DNA of 64,000 bases, from NCBI RefSeq assembly GCF_009914755.1, contig NC_060942.1, one strand, 5' to 3'. A program made the position numbers and the translations under genes. This DNA is from the human T2T-CHM13v2.0 reference genome, Homo sapiens. The notes beneath the pieces are model-generated. The model saw nothing but the letters and a program-made list of their open reading frames with translations, was not told where the DNA came from and ran no database searches. Shown piece by piece: positions 56,930 to 64,000 of this stretch. Every line of letters starts with the position of its first letter. Within the stretch, counting starts at the first letter, position 1.

Positions 56930-57457
56930 GCCATCAAACCTGGTTAATGTCATGACTAATTAAATGTAATACTTTAGAAATTCATACCTTATAATAAATG
57001 CAATATTGTTTTTATTAAAGAATATGTTTTACCACTCAATCATTATTTATATAGATCCTTGTAATATTAGAAAAGTAATAATTTTCTACATATATACATT
57101 TTTAATTCCCAAAATCTCCTTCAGTAAAACATGTGGTCTAACATAAGCAACATGTTAGGATCAAGAACAAACCTAGATCTTTTAGTACTTGGTTCAGATT
57201 GTCTTTAAAGCCATAGATTATGCTATCAGCATTACTGTTTTGGTAACTTTTTTTTTTTATTAAAGTTTTAGTGTACTTGTGCACATTGTGCAGGATAGTT
57301 ACGTATGTATACATGTGCCATGCTGGTGCGCTGCACCCACCAACTCGTCATTTAGCATTAGGTATATCTCCCAATGCTATCCCTCCCCCCTCCCCCCACC
57401 CCACAACAGTCCCCAGAGTGTGATATTCCCCTTCCTGTGTCCATGTGATTTCATTGT

Positions 57458-61298
<3,841 letters not shown>

Positions 61299-61346
61299 TT
61301 ATTTTGCTCGTTAGTTGATGCAGTTTCTTCCTACTCTGGATGGTCT

Positions 61347-62363
61347 TTACATTTTGGCATGATTTTGCAGCGGCTGGTACTGGTTGTTCCTTTCCATGTT
61401 TAGTGCTTCCTTCAGGAGCTCTTTTAGGGCAGGCCTGGTGTTGACAAAATCTCTCAGCATTTGCTTATCTGTAAAGTATTTTATTTCTCCTTCGCTTATG
61501 AAGCTTAGTTTGGCTGGATATGAAATTCTGGGTTGAAAATTCTTGTCTTTAAGAATGTTGAATATTGGCCCCCACTCTCTTCTGGCTTGTAGCGTTTCTG
61601 CCGAGAGATCTGCTGTTAGTCTGATGGGCTTCCCTTTGAGGGTAACCCGACCTTTCTCTCTGGCTGCCCTTAACATTTTTTCCTTCATTTCAGCTTTGGT
61701 GAATCTGACAATTATGTGTCTTGGAGTTGCTCTTCTCGAGGAGTATCTTTGTGGCGTTCTCTGTATTTCCTGAATCTGAACGTTGGCCTGCTTTGCTAGA
61801 TTGGGGAAGTTCTCCTGGATAATATCCTGCAGAGTGTTTTCCAACTTGGTTTCATTCTCCCCATCGCTTTCAGGTACCCCAATCAGACGTAGATTTGGTC
61901 TTTTCACATAGTCCCATATTTCTTGGAGGCTTTGCTCATTTCTTTTTATTCTTTTTTCTCTAAACTTCCCTTCTCGCTTCATTTCATTCATTTCATCTTC
62001 CATCGCTGATACCCTTTCTTCCAGTTGATCGCATTGGCTCCTGAGGCTTCTGCATTCTTCACGTAGTTCTCGAGCCTTGGTTTTCAGCTCCATCAGCTCC
62101 TTTAAGCACTTCTCTGTATTGGTTATTCTAGTTATACATTCTTCTAAATTTTTTTCAAAGTTTTCAACTTCTTTGCCTTTGGTTTGAATGTCCTCCCGTA
62201 GCTCAGAGTAATTTGATCGTCTGAAGCCTTCTTCTCTCAGCTCGTCAAAGTCATTCTCCGTCCAGCTTTGTTCCGTTGCTGGTGAGGAACTGCGTTCCTT
62301 TGGAGGAGGAGAGGTTCTCTGCTTTTTAGAGTTTCCAGTTTTTCTGTTCTGTTTTTTCCCCAT
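61347..62363 (-). CDS. L1 ORF1p (coiled coil, RRM, CTD), intact 338 aa
   Basis: MGKKQNRKTGNSK...QNHAKM*, full length with REKG, ARR and YPAKLS motifs present. Confidence 0.95.
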   Translation of the reverse strand: MGKKQNRKTGNSKKQRTSPPPKERSSSPATEQSWTENDFDELREEGFRRSNYSELREDIQTKGKEVENFEKNLEECITRITNTEKCLKELMELKTKARELREECRSLRSQCDQLEERVSAMEDEMNEMKREGKFREKRIKRNEQSLQEIWDYVKRPNLRLIGVPESDGENETKLENTLQDIIQENFPNLAKQANVQIQEIQRTPQRYSSRRATPRHIIVRFTKAEMKEKMLRAAREKGRVTLKGKPIRLTADLSAETLQARREWGPIFNILKDKNFQPRISYPAKLSFISEGEIKYFTDKQMLRDFVNTRPALKELLKEALNMERNNQYQPLQNHAKM

Positions 62364-63266
62364 CTTTGTGGTTTTATCTACTTTTGGTCTTTGATGATGG
62401 TGATGTACAGATGGGTTTTTGGTGTGGATGTCCTTTCTGTTTGTTAGTTTTCCTTCTAACAGACAGGACCCTCAGCTGCAGGTCTGTTGGAATACCCTGC
62501 CATGTGAGGTGTCAGTCTGCCCCTGCTGGGGGGTGCCTCCCAGTTAGGCTGCTCAGGGGTCAGGGGTCAGGGACCCACTTGAGGAGGCAGTCTGCCCATT
62601 CTCAGATCTCCAGCTGTGTGCTGGGAGAACCACTGCTGTCTTCAAAGCTGTCAGACTGGGACATTTAAGTCTGCAGAGGTTACTGCTGTCTTTTTGTTTG
62701 TCTGTGCCCTGCCCCCAGAGGTGGAGCGTACAGAGGCAGGCAGGCCTCCTTGAGCTGTGGTGGGCTCCACCCAGTTCGAGCTTCTGGGCTGCTTTGTTTA
62801 CCTAAGCAAGCCTGGGCAATGGCGGGCGCCCCTCCCCCAGCCTCGCTGCCGCCTTGCAGTTTGATCTCAGACTGCTGTGCTAGCAACCAGCGAGACTCCG
62901 AGGGCGTAGGACCCTCCGAGCCAGGGCGGGATATAATCTCGTGGTGCGCCGTTTTTCAAGCCCGTCGGAAAAGTGCAGTATTCGGGTGGGAGTGACCCGA
63001 TTTTCCAGGTGCTGTCCCTCACCCCTTTCTTTGACTCGGAAAGGGAACTCCCTGACCCCTTGCGCTTCCCAAGTGAGGCAATGCCTCGCCCTGCTTCGGC
63101 TCGTGCACGGTGCGCGCACCCACTGACCTGCGCCCACTGTCTGGCACTCCCTAGTGAGATGAACCTGGTACCTCAGATGGAAATGCAGAAATCACCGTCT
63201 TCTGCGTCGCTCACGCTGGGAGCTGTAGACCGGAGCTGTTCCTATTCAGCCATCTTGGCTCCTCCC
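62364..63266 (-). promoter_or_regulatory. L1 5'UTR with sense and antisense promoters
   Basis: CpG-rich 903-bp region; YY1 site AAGATGGC(T) at 63257-63249. Confidence 0.85.
62819..62995 (+). pseudogene. L1 antisense ORF0, frameshifted (58 aa)
   Basis: MAGAPPPASLPPCSLISDCCASNQRDSEGVGPSEPG matches ORF0, then changes frame; the normal continuation VRRFSSPSEK is in another frame. Confidence 0.8.
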
Positions 63267-64000
63267 TGTTTTGGTAACTTTTATTGTGTTTTGTTTATAG
63301 CTGCAATTTATGGCCAAAAATGACAATCTCTTATGATATAAGGAAATGACATTTTTTGAATTTCACAGAGTGTAGGTAATATTTTGTTGTCAGAAATCAA
63401 AAGGAGAGATTAGCAAAAAACAATAAACTTTCAAGAGAGTAAAATAAAACTCATACTATGTAGAGAAAATTAATCCGTATGCCTTAGCAAGTGGTGGTTC
63501 AATATTGCTGCCAAGAATATTTATTAACATTATTCAGGACAATTATGCATTGAGGAGGATTAGTTCTGTCTTGAAAGAGATTATTTAGCAAGGGCTGCCC
63601 AAATAGTTCGAGTTTACAGATTCAGAAATGAGATATGTTTTCTTAATCAATGTTGTAAAATTAATGTTTTTGTTAAGTTGTAGACACTCTTTCCTTAGTG
63701 AGGTCAAGTTGAATTGCAATTTAATATAGTTCCTGATCAGTAAAAGCACTTTTCATCAGTATAGTGGATGTTGAGTTCTTTTGAGAAAAAAGCAGTGCTT
63801 AGCCTTATTGATTTAGATGTATTAAGGTGAAGCATTTGTTCTTTCTATGTATGTGGTAATCCTGGAGTAGAAGTCACTCAGAAAAATTAATTATACACTG
63901 TAAGACTGCTTCCTGCAAACAAAAATGGGTTTTGTAACAATGTTTTTTTTGTTTTTATTCCTTATGTCTTTGATAGCCTAATGTGTACAGACTACATAAA

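Overview
AT-rich, CpG-depleted primate (very probably human) genomic DNA, intergenic or deep intronic, dominated by interspersed repeats. I see no recognisable host protein-coding gene, RNA gene or CRISPR array. All long ORFs are LINE-1. Main elements: a full-length ~6.0 kb young L1 (L1PA2/PA3-like, minus strand, 57248-63266) with intact ORF1, broken ORF2 and a 16-bp TSD; a 5'-inverted (twin-primed) L1PA with no TSD (21324-23412); a near-consensus AluY with a perfect TSD; about ten older Alus; several MaLR/ERVL solo LTRs; DNA-transposon fossils (MER20, MER82, Tigger4); and two decayed class III (ERV-L-type) pol fossils that the ORF track only hints at (1-~700 plus; ~9740-12400 minus, RT connection/RNase H/integrase/dUTPase). 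Signals not explained by repeats: a compact minus-strand exon/poly(A) cluster at 43.1-44.1 kb (candidate lncRNA or micro-ORF transcript), a candidate 33-nt plus-strand micro-exon, three serial fold-back (template-switch) scars, and a microsatellite flanked by a 16-bp duplication. I found no convincing new biological system. Repeat subfamily names come from remembered consensus features and need RepeatMasker/Dfam confirmation.
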